64,000 bases of DNA, taken from Macrostomum lignano (Eukaryota). Shown one piece after another: positions 34,586 through 47,700 of the stretch. The notes under the pieces are model-generated. The model saw nothing but the letters and a program-made list of their open reading frames with translations. It ran no database searches and had not been told where the DNA came from. The translations under genes were made by a program, and so were the position numbers. How positions within the stretch are numbered: the stretch's first letter is position 1; each line of letters begins with the position of its first letter. Location of the stretch: contig NIVC01001887.1 in NCBI GenBank assembly GCA_002269645.1, forward strand, positions 62,001 to 126,000, in the 5' to 3' direction.

Positions 34586-37500
34586 ATGGAAATCGACGAG
34601 TTTCAATCCACTGTGACAAAGAGTGCCAGTAGTGGCGCTGATTGCGAAATGAATCTTAAAAACTTAATTGCCGAGTGCACATGTCCTGTGTGCCAGGGGT
34701 TAATGGAACGTCCTCAAAAGCTACGCTGTTGTCATTCTCTCTGTCAGCGATGTCTACGCCGTCTTCGTCGTCGCTCCCTTCGTAATGGTGGCCTTTTATG
34801 TCCCGTTTGTCGCGAGAAATCTGATCCGGAGCACCCTGCGCAGTCTGATACCACTGTAGAAACATTAGTATCGACTCTTCTTCAAGTAAAAGCGGATCTT
34901 TGTCAAGAATCCGATTGTTGGCAGAAGCCAGAAACCCGCTGCCCTGCCTGCAGTACACTCCGCTGCCGGGAGCACCATAGTAGCCGTTTAGTTGAACTTA
35001 GACAAGATTGTATTACAGTGTGCGAATCGGCTGAATCTTTTTCTAGCAATGGTTACATTGATGAGCGACTCAATGCACTGAATTCAGCTGAAACTTCACT
35101 GAAGACATTGCAAAATGAAATGCAGGCTAAATTAGAAGCAAAGTTCCTAGTCTGCAAAAAACAAATAGAGGATCATCGACTATTGCTAGCAAAACAGCAA
35201 GCTGAATTAAATCCAATGCTTAATAATCTTAAATCAACATTGGAAGAATTAAAAAAGCTACAGGTATGTATTTTCCCATTGCTAATTATGAAGTGATATT
35301 GTGTCCTGTCTTACTAGGTCTTAGACTTTTTAGTCTTGTTTTAAATTAAGGCATATATTTTATTATATATTGAATATTGTAATTAAAATATAGCCATAGG
35401 CCTATTGGTTTACTGAGGACAATCAGTGATTTAGAAATAACCCACAAGAGGAATTGTAGCTATGCCTATACTATAGTTTATTGTTAGACCTATATTATAT
35501 TTTTTTCAATATACAAGTAAAATATGTTTTACTTTTTGGTATAAATTTAATATAAGATTTAACTTTAGATTTAGACTATTTTTAGTATTAGTATATAGAA
35601 AATATATAATAATATAATTTAAAAATGTATAGTTTTTTCAATATAAATATAATCAAAATAAAAATATATTTAAGTAACTATGATAAAAAACATGGTAGGA
35701 TATAGCTTCCTTGTATAAGGCAACATATATTATTGAAAAAAATTGAAAAATATGGTAAGATTTATATCTTAGTTAGAGAGAAAATCTAATTTTTTTAGAT
35801 TTATCACCCTCTTGCATTTGAACAAAAATATTTTAACTTTGAATTAGTAAATAATTTTAAAAATAAGATATAGAATAGAAACAACTAGATTTGTAAAGTA
35901 TACACATGTTGTAACATGAATTTTAACAAATGTGGTAACATTGTTACTGTATAAAACCCTAACTTAAGTTAAAACCTTTATCATAATACAGTATACTATA
36001 AATTTATATTCTTGCTAAGTCTTGCTAAGCTTGTTGGTTTGCTATGGCTGCCTGCTTGCTTTTTACAAATTTGAGGCTAATGCAATGTAAAAGAGTTCAT
36101 ACTCAAGATTCTATCGAATCCACAAAATCAATCAGGTTTTATGATCCAATTTCCCTGGTGATTTGCACTCGAATTTACCCTGCCTGTCATCCCAGGTCAC
36201 AAATAACTTCGCCGCCATGCACGAAGTTGAAGATCGCCTGCGGCAGTTGCTAAGCAACGCGCGTCGGCTGCATCCTCCGGCGGAGATTCTGCCGCCGCCA
36301 GCTGTCAAGGACTGCCTGCCCGGCCTGGATGCAGCTCTGGCCCGAGTCCGCGTGGACACCGTGGCCCGGCCGTATGGAGTCGGCGACGGCCTCGCCAAGT
36401 TGCGCCGCAGGCAAGCGACTCGCCCGCTGCAGCCCTGGGACCTGGCGCTCATCACCAACTTGGAGGGCGTCTATGTGAAGGGTGAGCCGTGGGTTTTGGG
36501 GTGCTAGAATGGGGATTTCGGGGGTGCTAGAATGGGGATTTCGGGGGTTCTAGAATGGGAATTTCAGGTGTTCTAGAATGGGGATTTCGGGTGTGCTAGA
36601 ATGGGGATTTCGGGAGTGCTAGGTTGGGGTTTTGGGGTTGAATTCGGGTGCGCTTTCTCACTGGAGTGCACAGGGCTGCAAGTCCCAGTGGTTGAAGCCC
36701 ATGTTTTGCTCTCCTACCCAGACGACTGCCTCGCAATCGGCGAGATGCCAGCCGGCGGGGGCAGACGGCTGCCTGAGAGATGCACCTGCCTGCTGCTGGT
36801 GAACTTCAAAGGATTTGCCACGAAGCGTCTGCACGCCTTCAACGGCTCCGACGGCGGCCGCAGCGGCGAGGTGGCCAGCGTCTGCTTGGACCTGCCGTCT
36901 GGCGAGATGGCCGGCAAAATCACCGTGTGCAACAGGCGGCAGCTCATCTTCGCCAGCGAGCCAACGGAGCACTGCGTGTTCGTCTGCAGCCTGGCCGGCA
37001 AACTGCTCGCCAGATTCGGCAAGCGGGGCAGCGAGACCGGCCAGTTCAACGAGCCAATGAGCCTCTTTGCCTGGTCTGTGCCTTCTGAATGCGCAGCTTT
37101 GCTCACTGATGCGTGCGGTGCTCGCTAGTGAAATATTGAAATAACATTCAGAGAGTTCTTGGGGGTGCACGTCTAGGAGATGGAGGTGGTGGGCTGGGGA
37201 GATGCAGATACGTGATATTCAGGTGATATGAGAGATGTACAGGAAGACATGATAGGTGTACATGAAGACGCATGAGAGGTGTACAGGTAGACACATGAGA
37301 CTGTACAGGTAGACGCATGAGAGGTGTACAGGTAGACACATGAGAAGTGTACAGGTAGACGCATGAGAGGTGTACAAGTAAACACGAGAAGTGTACAGGT
37401 AGACACATGAGAGGTGTACAAGAAGACACGAGACGTGTACAGGTAGACGCATGAGAGGTGTACAGGTAGACACATGAGAGTTGCAGTCAACAGGATATTT

Positions 37501-38177
37501 CCCCAATCTCACCCGCCCGCAGCGATGAGGGCCTGCTGTACGTGGTGGACAGCGAGAACAAGCGGGTGCAGCTGTTCAATCTGGATGACAACTACAAGTA
37601 CGTGGACAAGCTGGAACACCCGAAGTTCACCCGCCACGTGCACGGCGTTTTTGTTGGCGCCGAGTGCGCCGTGGTTGGGGACCGCGAGAGTCACCGGCTG
37701 TTCACTTTCGACAGGCGGACTCGACAGCCGCTGCTGGAGGTGGCGCTCCGCGGCCAGCCGTTCGACATGGTCGGCGACCAGTTCGGCAACGTGCTGGTGA
37801 GCGTGTCGGACCGGCGCTGTGTCTGCGTCTTCAGCCACAGCCTCGCCGCCGCGCTCTACACTGTGCGCCTGCAGACCGACCGTTCCGACGGTGCCGCCGT
37901 TGTCCGCGCCCTGCCGCTTTCGGCAGCCACCGAGCCTGACAATGCCGACGCCACCGCCGACGGCGACGCTGGTGGCAACGGTGGCGGCTCGGACTCCTCC
38001 AGCGACGATGACGACACGGCGCCGCTGCGTCGACTGCTCGGTGGCGTCGCTAGGGCGGCCGGCAAGAAGCCACTGATCCACGGCTTGGCCTTTCACCCCG
38101 GCACTGGCCGCCTGTTCGTTGCCGACACTTTCCGCTCCGCTGTGCTCACCTTCGACATGCCGACAGCTTCGTCTTGA
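34586..38177 (+). CDS. TRIM-NHL family protein B (RING, degenerate B-box, coiled coil, NHL repeats), about 656 aa
   Basis: Exons 34586-35263 (RING CPVC..LRCCHSLCQRC..CPVCR), 36196-36481, 36722-37073, 37523-38177, phase-consistent. NHL motifs FGKRGSETGQFNEP, LYVVDSENKRVQLF, VGDRESHRLFTF. Confidence 0.85.
36500..36625. repeat. 23-bp repeat (CTAGAATGGGGATTTCGGGGGTG) in TRIM-NHL B intron 2
   Basis: CTAG recurs at 36504, 36527 and 36550. Confidence 0.85.
37225..37478. repeat. 23-bp repeat (ACACATGAGAGGTGTACAGGTAG) in TRIM-NHL B intron 3
   Basis: Direct periodicity. Confidence 0.9.
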
Positions 38178-38419
38178 TGGCCTCCTTGGGTTTTTGGCGT
38201 CTAGCCGCGGCTCCCCATTCACAACTTGTTGACTTGCATGTTTGGTATTCTTGGCTTCTGAGTCAGCAGTCAGGATTTAATTTGTGGTCTTTTGTAATCT
38301 ACATATTTCTGGATAGAATGGAAGATTGAGAAATTCGGTGCTAATCTATCAATTATGAGTATTGTCAAATCCCATGAATTATTGTGTGAAATACTATAAA
38401 TCATGGTCAGACTCTGAGT

Positions 38420-38905
38420 ATCACAGTGAGATTCACTGGAATCATAGTGAGATTCACCGGAATCATAGTGAGATCCGCTGGAATCACAGTGAGATTCACC
38501 GGAATCATAGTGAGATTCACCGGAATCACAGTGAGATTCACCGGAATCACAGTGAGATTCACCGGAATCACAATGAGATTCACCGGAATCACAGTGAGAT
38601 TCACCGGAATCACAGTGAGATCCGTTGGAATCACAGTGAGATTCACCGGAATCACAGTGAGATTCACCGGAATCACAGTGAGATTCACCGGAATCACAGT
38701 GAGATTCACCGAAATCACAGTGAGATTCACCGGAATCATAGTGAGATTCACCGGAATCATAGTGAGATCCGTTGGAATCACAGTGAGATTCACCGGAATC
38801 ACAGTGAGATTCACCGGAATCACAGTGAGATTCACCGGAATCACAGTGAGATTCACCGGAATCACAGTGAGATTCACCGGAATCACAGTGAGATTCACCG
38901 GAACC
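38420..38905. repeat. 21-bp minisatellite (CACAGTGAGATTCACCGGAAT)
   Basis: Direct periodicity, about 23 copies. Confidence 0.96.
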
Positions 38906-39419
38906 ACTGCGAGATTCTTAAAAATTCGCGAAATTTTCAGTTTTAATATTTATCCCGAAGATTAATTAGCTTTTTTATTTAATCTGTTGAATTGTTCCAA
39001 TTGCCGGACGAGACTGAGCTGAAGTTTTCCGGATTGTCGCCTGCATTGAGCGGCAATGAACTGAATGCGTTGGTTTTCAAACACTTTACCCAGATTGGTA
39101 TCTCTGCCTTGCTGTCTTGGGCACCAGCCCGTTGTTGTACTGTCTACCCCGCTATCAACGTGCAGCCAAAGCCAATGTCTACTTAACCAGGTTGCTCTTC
39201 AAACGCGATCTTCTGCTATCCCATTTGCTGTCAGTTTTCAATATATAAACTCCAATGATTTTTTAAAAATCGCGTATTATTGTTCTAAATTTCTTACAAG
39301 AGAATTTTTTCAGTTTTATTTTCTTACCTTCTGCTTACAGTAGTCAGCGGCGAGTATTGGTATCTATTAGCGTCCGTAAGCGCCTGTAGATTATTTTAAT
39401 TTACTTTAAAAAGTTGTCT

Positions 39420-39530
39420 AACTACCCCAGAGAGTCACTCAACTGTCTAAGAGAATCACTCAACTGCCCCAGAGAATCACTCAACTGTCTAAGAGAATCG
39501 CTCGACTGCCCCAGAGAATCACTAAACTGC
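39420..39530. repeat. Short 21-bp repeat (CCCCAGAGAATCACTCAACTG variants)
   Basis: About 5 degenerate copies. Confidence 0.75.
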
Positions 39531-40796
39531 TTCAAAAATCATTCATCAGCTACCCGAGAGAAGCATTCAACTAATCCCAGAGAGTGGCTCATCTAGCTTG
39601 AGAATCTGACTTAATATTTAAGCGTTTTGAGGCAAAATCGTGAGCTAAAGAGCAATATCTCACTAGCAGCGGTCCTTCATTCTGGCTGCTAAAGGGCTGC
39701 TATTACCATTTTGAGCCTTTTGGATGCCATGAAACTGGCATTAAGAAGCCAACGTCAATTGTGATTTATGAGTGCCAGCCTACCACTCGGTGTTTTTCAA
39801 TGAGAATTTTGTAACTGCGGCAAATTGCACGAGACTGCAAAAAAGTTTTGCTAATGGCCTGCCTTCGACCCATTGAGACAGAGATTGCATTTTCCAGACT
39901 CGGCTCTCATCTCTTCTACTCTTGTCAAGTGGCAGCCGGGTGCGCTGTCGGGCCCCACCCCGTCCCTCTCTCCGCTTGTCTCTGACAGCTTTGACAAGCG
40001 GCTTTGGCGCAGAGTTGCGAGGAGGCGCGCAGAGGCTTCCGCCTGATTGACGAGGGCTTTTAGAAAGAGAGGGGGGGGCGGCGGCACCGCAGCCTGCGGC
40101 TGTGTGCTCTTGCCGGTAGCTCAGCTTTCATAGCAGCGTGCGGCCGTGTCAGTGGGCTTGCGTGACACCTCTTGGCTGGTGTTTGAGTGAGCTGACAGCC
40201 TCAGCAGGAGGGCTGCTCGGCTCTCCGAGAGTTTCGAACAGGGAGGGGGCACAGATAAAGAAGCTGGGCTGCTATTGATGAAGAGCCCATTGTTGAGCCT
40301 TGAGTAGGCAGCTTCACCTGTCTGTGGGGCGCGTCGGGGGGGGGGGCGAATGAAACCGAGCGAGAAGCGGGCCGAGGCTGCGGGCTCGGCATTGAGTAGA
40401 GAGTTATTAGACTCAAAACTACCGTTCAACTGCTGTCAAAAAGGCTCTCCAAACAGTCGAGAGGTGTTCAGCTCGGCCCGCAGATTGGCTGGCTCGCGTC
40501 TCCAAGGGCTTGTCGCGAATATTTGAGCAGCTCTCGTTTGACAGGCCGCTGGGCCGGACTCGAGATTGGCGGCATCGTTTGGGGGACCGCGGCCGCTCTT
40601 CTGTCTATTTTTTGCTGCTTTTTTCTTATTTCTGTGTCAACACAGCCAAGCTGCTGCATTTTTCGGCGGCTGTCAAAGAAGCTCTTTTAAGTCTCAAGCG
40701 CCGCCATCGAATCGCCCGCCGCAAGAGGGAAGCTCTCTCTCTCTCTTTCTCTCTCTAACTGTGGTCTCCCGGCTGATCTCCGAGCTGCTTCAGGAA

Positions 40797-42523
40797 ATGC
40801 AGGCCCGTCCCACCGCCACTCGATATTTCGGAGATGCCCAACAGTGGGCTCTGCAGTCGCCGGCCAGCGGGGCCGCCTTCTCTGTGAAGAGTCTGCTGGC
40901 CCTTGAATCGCCCGCGGCGGAGCAGCGGAAGGAGGCGGCAATGACGGCCGCCGGACCGCCAGAGCCGCGGCTGGAGACTGCGGCGTCCCAGTGGTGTAGG
41001 GGTCCGTGACAGCTGATTTCTGCTGTAGATAGCTATGTTGAGTCCCACCTTCCCGCCTCCCCATTTCCCTGAGTCCCACCTTCCCGCCTTACTGAGTCCC
41101 TGCACCTTCCCGCCTCCCAGTTCCGGCACCTTGACTTAGCTGCACGGGGCTCCGTACATCCGGATGCAGAGAGGAGGCGTTGCCGCCCATTTTGCTAACA
41201 CCTGGCGACCACGGGCAGCTAGTGCATCCTTGCACCTTCCTGCCTCCCGAGTCCCTGCACCTTCCCGCCCGCCTGAGTCCCTGTACCTTCCCGTCGCCCT
41301 GAGTCCCTGCACCTTCCTGCCTCCCTGAGTCCCAGCACGTACCCGCCCCCTGAGTCCCGGCACCTTCCCGTCGCCCTGAGTCCCTGCACCTTCCCGCCCC
41401 CCCCCTGAGTCCCGGCACCTTCCCGTCGCCCTGAGTCCCTGCACCTTCCCGCCCCCCCCCTGAGTCTCGGCACCTTCCTGCCTCCCTGAGTCTCGGCACC
41501 TTCCTGCCTCCCTGAGTCTCGGCACCTTCCTGCCTCCCTGAGTCTCGGCACCTTCCCGCCCCCCCCTGAGTCTCGGCACCTTCCCGCCCCCCCCCTGAGT
41601 CTCGGCACCTTCCTGCCTCCCTGAGTCCCGGCACCTTCCCGCCCCCCCCCTGAGTCTCGGCACCTTCCCGCCCCCCCTGAGTCTCGGCACCTTCCCGCCC
41701 CCCCCCTGAGTCTCGGCACCTTCCCGCCTTCCTGAGTCCCTGCACCTTCCCGCCTCTCTGAGTCCCAACCTTCAATCAGATCTATCAGCGGATCAATGAG
41801 ATTAACGCAGGATTAAAGCGCAGTTTCACACCGGCTTTCGCAGGCCCATCCTCTCCACCGCCGCCGTCCTTGTCGCCGGAACTCCCCGCTGCCGCACCCA
41901 CTGCCGCCGAGTTCGACGGAGCCACCGAAAGCGAAGTCGCCGCGGACTTCAACAGGGACGACAAGGCAGCAGCCGCTTCAGCGGCCGGACGGCCAGTCAG
42001 CGGCGGAGCGGCGGCGTCCGCAGCGCGAAAGCGGAAGCGGCGGGTGCTGTTCACGAAGCAGCAGACACTGGAGCTGGAGCGGCGCTTTCACCAGCAGCGC
42101 TACCTGTCGGCGCCGGAGCGCGAGCACCTGGCCAGATTTGTGAACTTGTCGCCCACCCAGGTGAAAATTTGGTTCCAGAATCATCGCTACAAGATGAAGC
42201 GCGCCCGACCCGGCGACGGCCCGATGGAGCCACAGGGAGCGTCCAAGCAGCTGGACCAGCACCAGCCGCAGTACCAGCAACACCAGCTGTCATACCAGCC
42301 TCAGTACCAGCCGCATTATCAGCACCAGCTGCAGCAACATCTTCACCATCTGCAGCAGCTTCATCAGCAGGTGCAGCCGCCGCTGCAGCCGCCTGTGCCG
42401 CAGCATCAGGAAATTCAGCATCACCAGCCGCCGGTGCCGCAGCCTCCGCCTTACATGATGGCGCAGCTGGGCATGGCGCCGCCCCCGTTCGCCCCGCTGC
42501 TGCCTTCGAGCATGTGGTGCTGA
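40797..42523 (+). CDS. nkx2.2: NK2-class homeobox protein, NKX2.2/vnd-like (about 294 aa)
   Basis: Exon 1 40797-41001 with TN/eh1 motif FSVKSLLAL. Exon 2 41844-42523 with homeodomain [59 protein letters not shown] (Tyr54, NKX2.2-like). Phase-1 junction. Exact orthology needs a phylogeny. Confidence 0.88.
41040..41775. repeat. About 26-bp C-rich minisatellite (CTGAGTCTCGGCACCTTCCTGCCTCC variants) filling the homeobox intron
   Basis: Direct periodicity with variable C-runs. Confidence 0.92.
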
Positions 42524-42844
42524 ATTCGCACTTGTTCGACCATTTTAATGAGCTTTTTTAAACTTCCGAACAACATTGAGTTTCCCAATTCCTGTCAGAG
42601 CTTTGCTCAACCATCTGCTCAGTCCCTCCTGGTGCCAAAACACGGACGGAAATGCAGCACTGAAAATGCGGCCTCTCATGCAGCCCATTGGATGTTTCCC
42701 GCTCTCTAAAGAAGCCTAGAAATTTATGACAACTGAGGAGAGGAAGGGAAAAAATGTTTTTATTTTATGATTTGAGCGCCCCCTCCGCGCCAGCCCACGC
42801 AGGCAGACTTTTGGAGTCATGGAGTTCCGAGTGCTCAAGGAGTT

Positions 42845-43300
42845 CCGGACTCCGCAAGGATAGATAAGATGGCTGGGGACCCCGCAAAGATAGATAGATA
42901 GGATGGTTGGGGCTCCGCAAGGATAGATAAGATGGCTGGGGACTCCGCAAGGATAGATAAGATGGCTGGGGACCCCGCAAAGATAGATAGGATGGTTGGG
43001 GCTCCGCAAGGATAGATAAGATGGCTGGGGACCCCGCAAGGATAGATAGGATGGCTGGGGCTCCGCAAGGATAGATAAGATGGCTGGGGACTCCGCAAGG
43101 ATAGATAAGATGGTTGGGGCTCCGCAAGGATAGATAAGATGGCTGGGGACCTCGCAAAGATAGATAGGATGGTTGGGGCTCCGCAAGGATAGATAAGATG
43201 GCTGGGGACCCCGCAAGGATAGATAGGATGGCTGGGGACTCCGCAAGGATAGATAGGATGGCTGGGGACTCCGCAAGGACAGATAAGAAGATACAAGGTA
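42845..43300. repeat. 30-bp minisatellite (GGATAGATAAGATGGCTGGGGACTCCGCAA)
   Basis: Direct periodicity. Confidence 0.93.
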
Positions 43301-44019
43301 AGATAGACAATCATAGATATTATTTTGTATCCGATTCCTCTAATAAATACTTGGATGGCACAGGGTCCACTGGTTTTACGGAATCTGCCATTTTGAGTTC
43401 AGTCAGTTACATTCCATTCCAGATATCTGACCCCGGAACTTCATGACCTGCCAACCCCCCCCCTCCCTAAAGAAGCTGCTAGAGGAATCTCACTGTCGGA
43501 CAATGGCCTTTTTATTTTATATGGGATTATTATTGCCTGAATGTGGGAGGTACAAAAAGGCAAATTGGGATTTGAACAGGCCTTAACAGCTCAACGGAGC
43601 AAGGACAGAAAATGAGCCTGCAGCTCAGAATGCCCATTAAGGCTGCCGTTTTGAGCATCAAGGATGCAGGATAGCTGCACCAGAACGAGAAGCTGCTTGC
43701 ATTATCGAGTTCCCCTGCTATTTTCTCTGCCAGTTGTCATGAAGTTCCGCTGAGTTTCTGACGCCCAGCGAGTCAACCTGAAACTTTGCTCAAGAATGTA
43801 CTGAGATTGTCGCCTTCGCTTCTCCATGTACAGCCACGGGCCTGCGTGCCCTCTCGCTGAAGATTTCCCAGAATTTTGTTTTTATTCTTTCAACAGACAT
43901 TGTCGCTCTGGTTTTGTATCGAAAATAAAATTTTGCTTGCTTTCTCGCGTGTGTTTTCAAGCCATTTTTAGTCACGCATCAACTGCTGCCTTTGGTTTTT
44001 GGCCATTTTTTATCTGTTG

Positions 44020-44300
44020 CCCTGAGAGAATCTCACCCCAGTGTCCTCTTTCCCTGAGAGAATCTCGCCCCAGTGTCCCCTTTCCCTGAGAGAATCTCAC
44101 CCTACTGTCCCTTCTCCCTAAGAGAATCTCGCCCCAGATTCCCCTCTCCCTGAAGGAAACTCACCCTACTGTCCCCTTGCCCTGAGAGAATCTCACCCCT
44201 AGTGTCCTCTCTCCCTGAGAGAATCTCACCCCAGATTCCCCTCTTCCTGAGAAAATCTCACCCCTAGTGTCCTCTCTCCCTGAGAGAATCTCACCCCTGT
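44020..44300. repeat. About 32-33 bp degenerate repeat (CCCTGAGAGAATCTCACCCCAGTGTCCTCT)
   Basis: About 8 copies. Confidence 0.85.
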
Positions 44301-44715
44301 ACATCGCCTCCCCCCCCATGAAAAGGCTGGAATGCCAGCGCTGCACTCCAGGCGAACAGCTTTCAAAATTGCAGCAAACGTGGAGCCAAGGCGAGGCGAG
44401 AAACGCAACCAACCATACAGAAGAAGCAAAATTTCACACAGAGTCAAAGAGCAGCTTCTCGAGGTCAGGCAGGCCAGGTGGCAGTGTGAGCACTGATCTC
44501 AGCTGAGACACCTTACACACCTTATCAGCACTGCATGGAAGAGGGACAGGAGAGAAAGAGGCGAGCCTCAGATAGGGACGCAGAAGTGGCTTGCCGAACT
44601 TTGATAAAAACTCACCCGAGAACCGCTCTCAGGGTTTGAGGCTCTCCTAGAAGAAGACCTGCCGGTGCGCACTAGAAAATCGAAAGCTTTAATTTGCTTC
44701 CCAAATCAACAAACA

Positions 44716-47700
44716 ATGGCTTTCGCTGTTCGATCTCTGCTGCTGCTGCTGCTGCTGCTGCTGACTTCGCTGGTGGCTGCCCAGCGGAGGCTGAGCGAGG
44801 ATGAGATGAAGAGCGTCATTAATCTGCAGGAGTACCGGGACTACAGGTGAGATTTTAACTCTTTTCTGGCTCAATATAAAATTATCGAGATGCCAAGAAC
44901 AGAAGTGAAGCCCAGGAGGAGAAGTGAGGCCCAGGAGGAGAAGTGAGGCCCAGGAGGAGAAGTGAGGCCCAGGAGGAGAAGTGAGGCCCAGGAGGAGAAG
45001 TGAGGCGCCAGGAGGAGAAGTGAGGCGCCAGAAGGAGAAGTAAGGCGCCAGAAGGAGAAGTGAGGCGCCAGGAGGAGAAGTGAGGCGCCAGAAGGAGAAG
45101 TGAGGCCCAGGAGGAGAAGTGAGGCTCAGGAGGAGAAGTGAGGCGCCAGGAGGAGAAGTGAGGCTCAGGAGGAGAAGTGAGGCCCAGGAGGAGAAGTGAG
45201 GCCCAGGAGGAGAAGTGAGGCCCAGGAGGAGAAGTGAGGCTCAGGAGGAGAAGTGAGGCTCAGGAGGAGAAGTGAGGCCCAGGAGGAGAAGTGAGGCTCA
45301 GGAGGAGAAGTGAGGCTCAGAAGGAGAAGTGAGGCTCAGGAGGAGAAGTGAGGCGCCAGGAGGAGAAGTGAGGCGCCAGAAGGAGAAGTGAGGCCCAGGA
45401 GGAGAAGTGAGGCTCAGGAGGAGAAGTGAGGCGCCAGGAGGAGAAGTGAGGCTCAGGAGGAGAAGTGAGGCCCAGGAGGAGAAGTGAGGCCCAGGAGGAG
45501 AAGTGAGGCCCAGGAGGAGAAGTGAGGCTCAGGAGGAGAAGTGAGGCTCAGGAGGAGAAGTGAGGCCCAGGAGGAGAAGTGAGGCTCAGGAGGAGAAGTG
45601 AGGCTCAGGAGGAGAAGTGAGGCTCAGGAGGAGAAGTGAGGCGCCAGGAGGAGAAGTGAGGCCCAAGAGGAGAAGTGAGGCCCAGGAGGAGAAGTGAGGC
45701 TCAGGAGGAGAAGTGAGGCCCAGGAGGAGAAGTGAGGCCCAGGAGGAGAAGTGAGGCTCAGGAGGAGAAGTGAGGCTCAGGAGGAGAAGTGAGGCCCAGG
45801 AGGAGAAGTGAGGCTCAGGAGGAGAAGTGAGGCTCAGGAGGAGAAGTGAGGCTCAGGAGGAGAAGTGAGGCTCAGGAGGAGAAGTGAGGCCCAGGAGGAG
45901 AAGTGAGGCTCAGGAGGAGAAGTGAGGCGCCAGGTATGACTTGGAAATGCATGTTTCGCTCCCTAAATGCGCATCTTCTCCATCGTTTTTCTTCCCAACT
46001 TGGCCCCCTAACCCCGAACATTCGCAGCCCGCCATCGCACGAGTGCCAGTACCTGGTGAAGCCGAGCGACGCCTACAGCGGCAGGGGCGGCGGCAGCACC
46101 GACAAATTCTTCCTGGAGTGCTGCGGCGGCCGGCAGTTCCCCATCTGCGGCGGCCTGACGTGAGCGAAACTGGGGGTGGGGGGAGCAGCCGTGCGTTACC
46201 TTTGCATTCTGGAATTGCGGCGCCTCTAATCTCCAAGGCTGGGTCTGCTAGCGAATCGATGAGGTTCCGAAGAAGATGGAGAGATAGATTTGTTAGACAT
46301 CTCAGGAGACTGTTAGATATCCCGGGAGACTGTTAGACATCTCAGGAGACTGTTAGATATCCCAGAAGACTGTTAGATATCCCACGAGACTTTTAGATAT
46401 CCCACGAGACTGTTAGATATCCCAGGAGACTGTTAGATATCCCAGAAGACTGTTAGATATCCCACGAGACTTTTAGATATCCCACGAGACTGTTAGATAT
46501 CCCAGGAGACTGTTAGATATCTCAGAAGACTGTTAGATATCCCATGAGACTGTTAGATATCCCACGAGACTGGTAAATATCCAGGAGACTGTTAGACATC
46601 TCAGAAGACTGTTAGATATCCCATGAGACTGTTAGATATCCCACGAGACTGGTAAATATCCAGGAGACTGTTAGACATCCTAGGAGACTGTTACATATTC
46701 CGAGAAACTGTTAGATATCAAGGAGACTGTTAGATATCAAGGAGACTGTTAGATATCAAGGAGAATGTTAGACATCCCAGGACTCCTCAAGTTCCGACTC
46801 TCCCACCCGACCGCCGGCCCCCAGTGCGAGCTTCCAGTCCGACTGCTGCCCCGGTTTCGCCCGCTTCGAGAACATCAACGGCCGGAGCAACTGCAGCCAG
46901 CGGCTGCTGGCCGACCGCGAGCTGCCGGACTGGCTGGCGCAGCTGCCGGGCTCGCGGGTTGGCGGCTTCTCCGACGCCTTCGCCAGCAGCCCGCAGGTCG
47001 AAGGCGTCCTGATGACCGGCCGGCCCAACAACGGGACCTGGACGCTGCTGGCTCTGGTAGACGAGGCTTTCGATGACAATGAGTGAGTCTGCCGTGGTCT
47101 TGGGTTCGATCTCGAGCTATTTAGGTTCTTGAAGGGCCTCAAATTTTGTTCCTTTTTGAGCATTTACGTTGCACCTTACAGACACATGGGGCCAACCATA
47201 TTGCACCTCACAGACACATGGGGCCAACCATATTGCACCTCACAGACACATGGGGCCAACCATATTGCATCTCACAGACACATGGGGCCAACCATATTGC
47301 ACCTCACAGACACATGGGCCAAGCATATTGCACCTCACAGACACATGGGGCCAACCATATTGCACCTCACAGACACATGGGGCCAAGCATATTGCACCTC
47401 ACAGACACATGGGGCCAAGCATATTGCACCTCACAGACACATGGGGCCAAGCATATTGCACCTCACAGACACATGGGGCCAACCATATTGCACCTCACAG
47501 ACACATGGGGCCAACCATATTGCACCTCACAGACACATGGGGCCAACCATATTGCACCTCACAGACACATGAAACGGGATAGAATCGAAACATACGGGAA
47601 GAATCGGTGGCATGAAATACAAACAAAGACAAACTTTATTGTTCTACAAGGTCCTGAACTCGAATCCCATTCCCAATTGGAAGCTTCCTCGCCTTCACGT

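Noticed and set aside
39920-39935. TCAAGTG NK2-type binding site upstream of the homeobox gene
   Set aside because: A single 7-mer is expected by chance in this much sequence.
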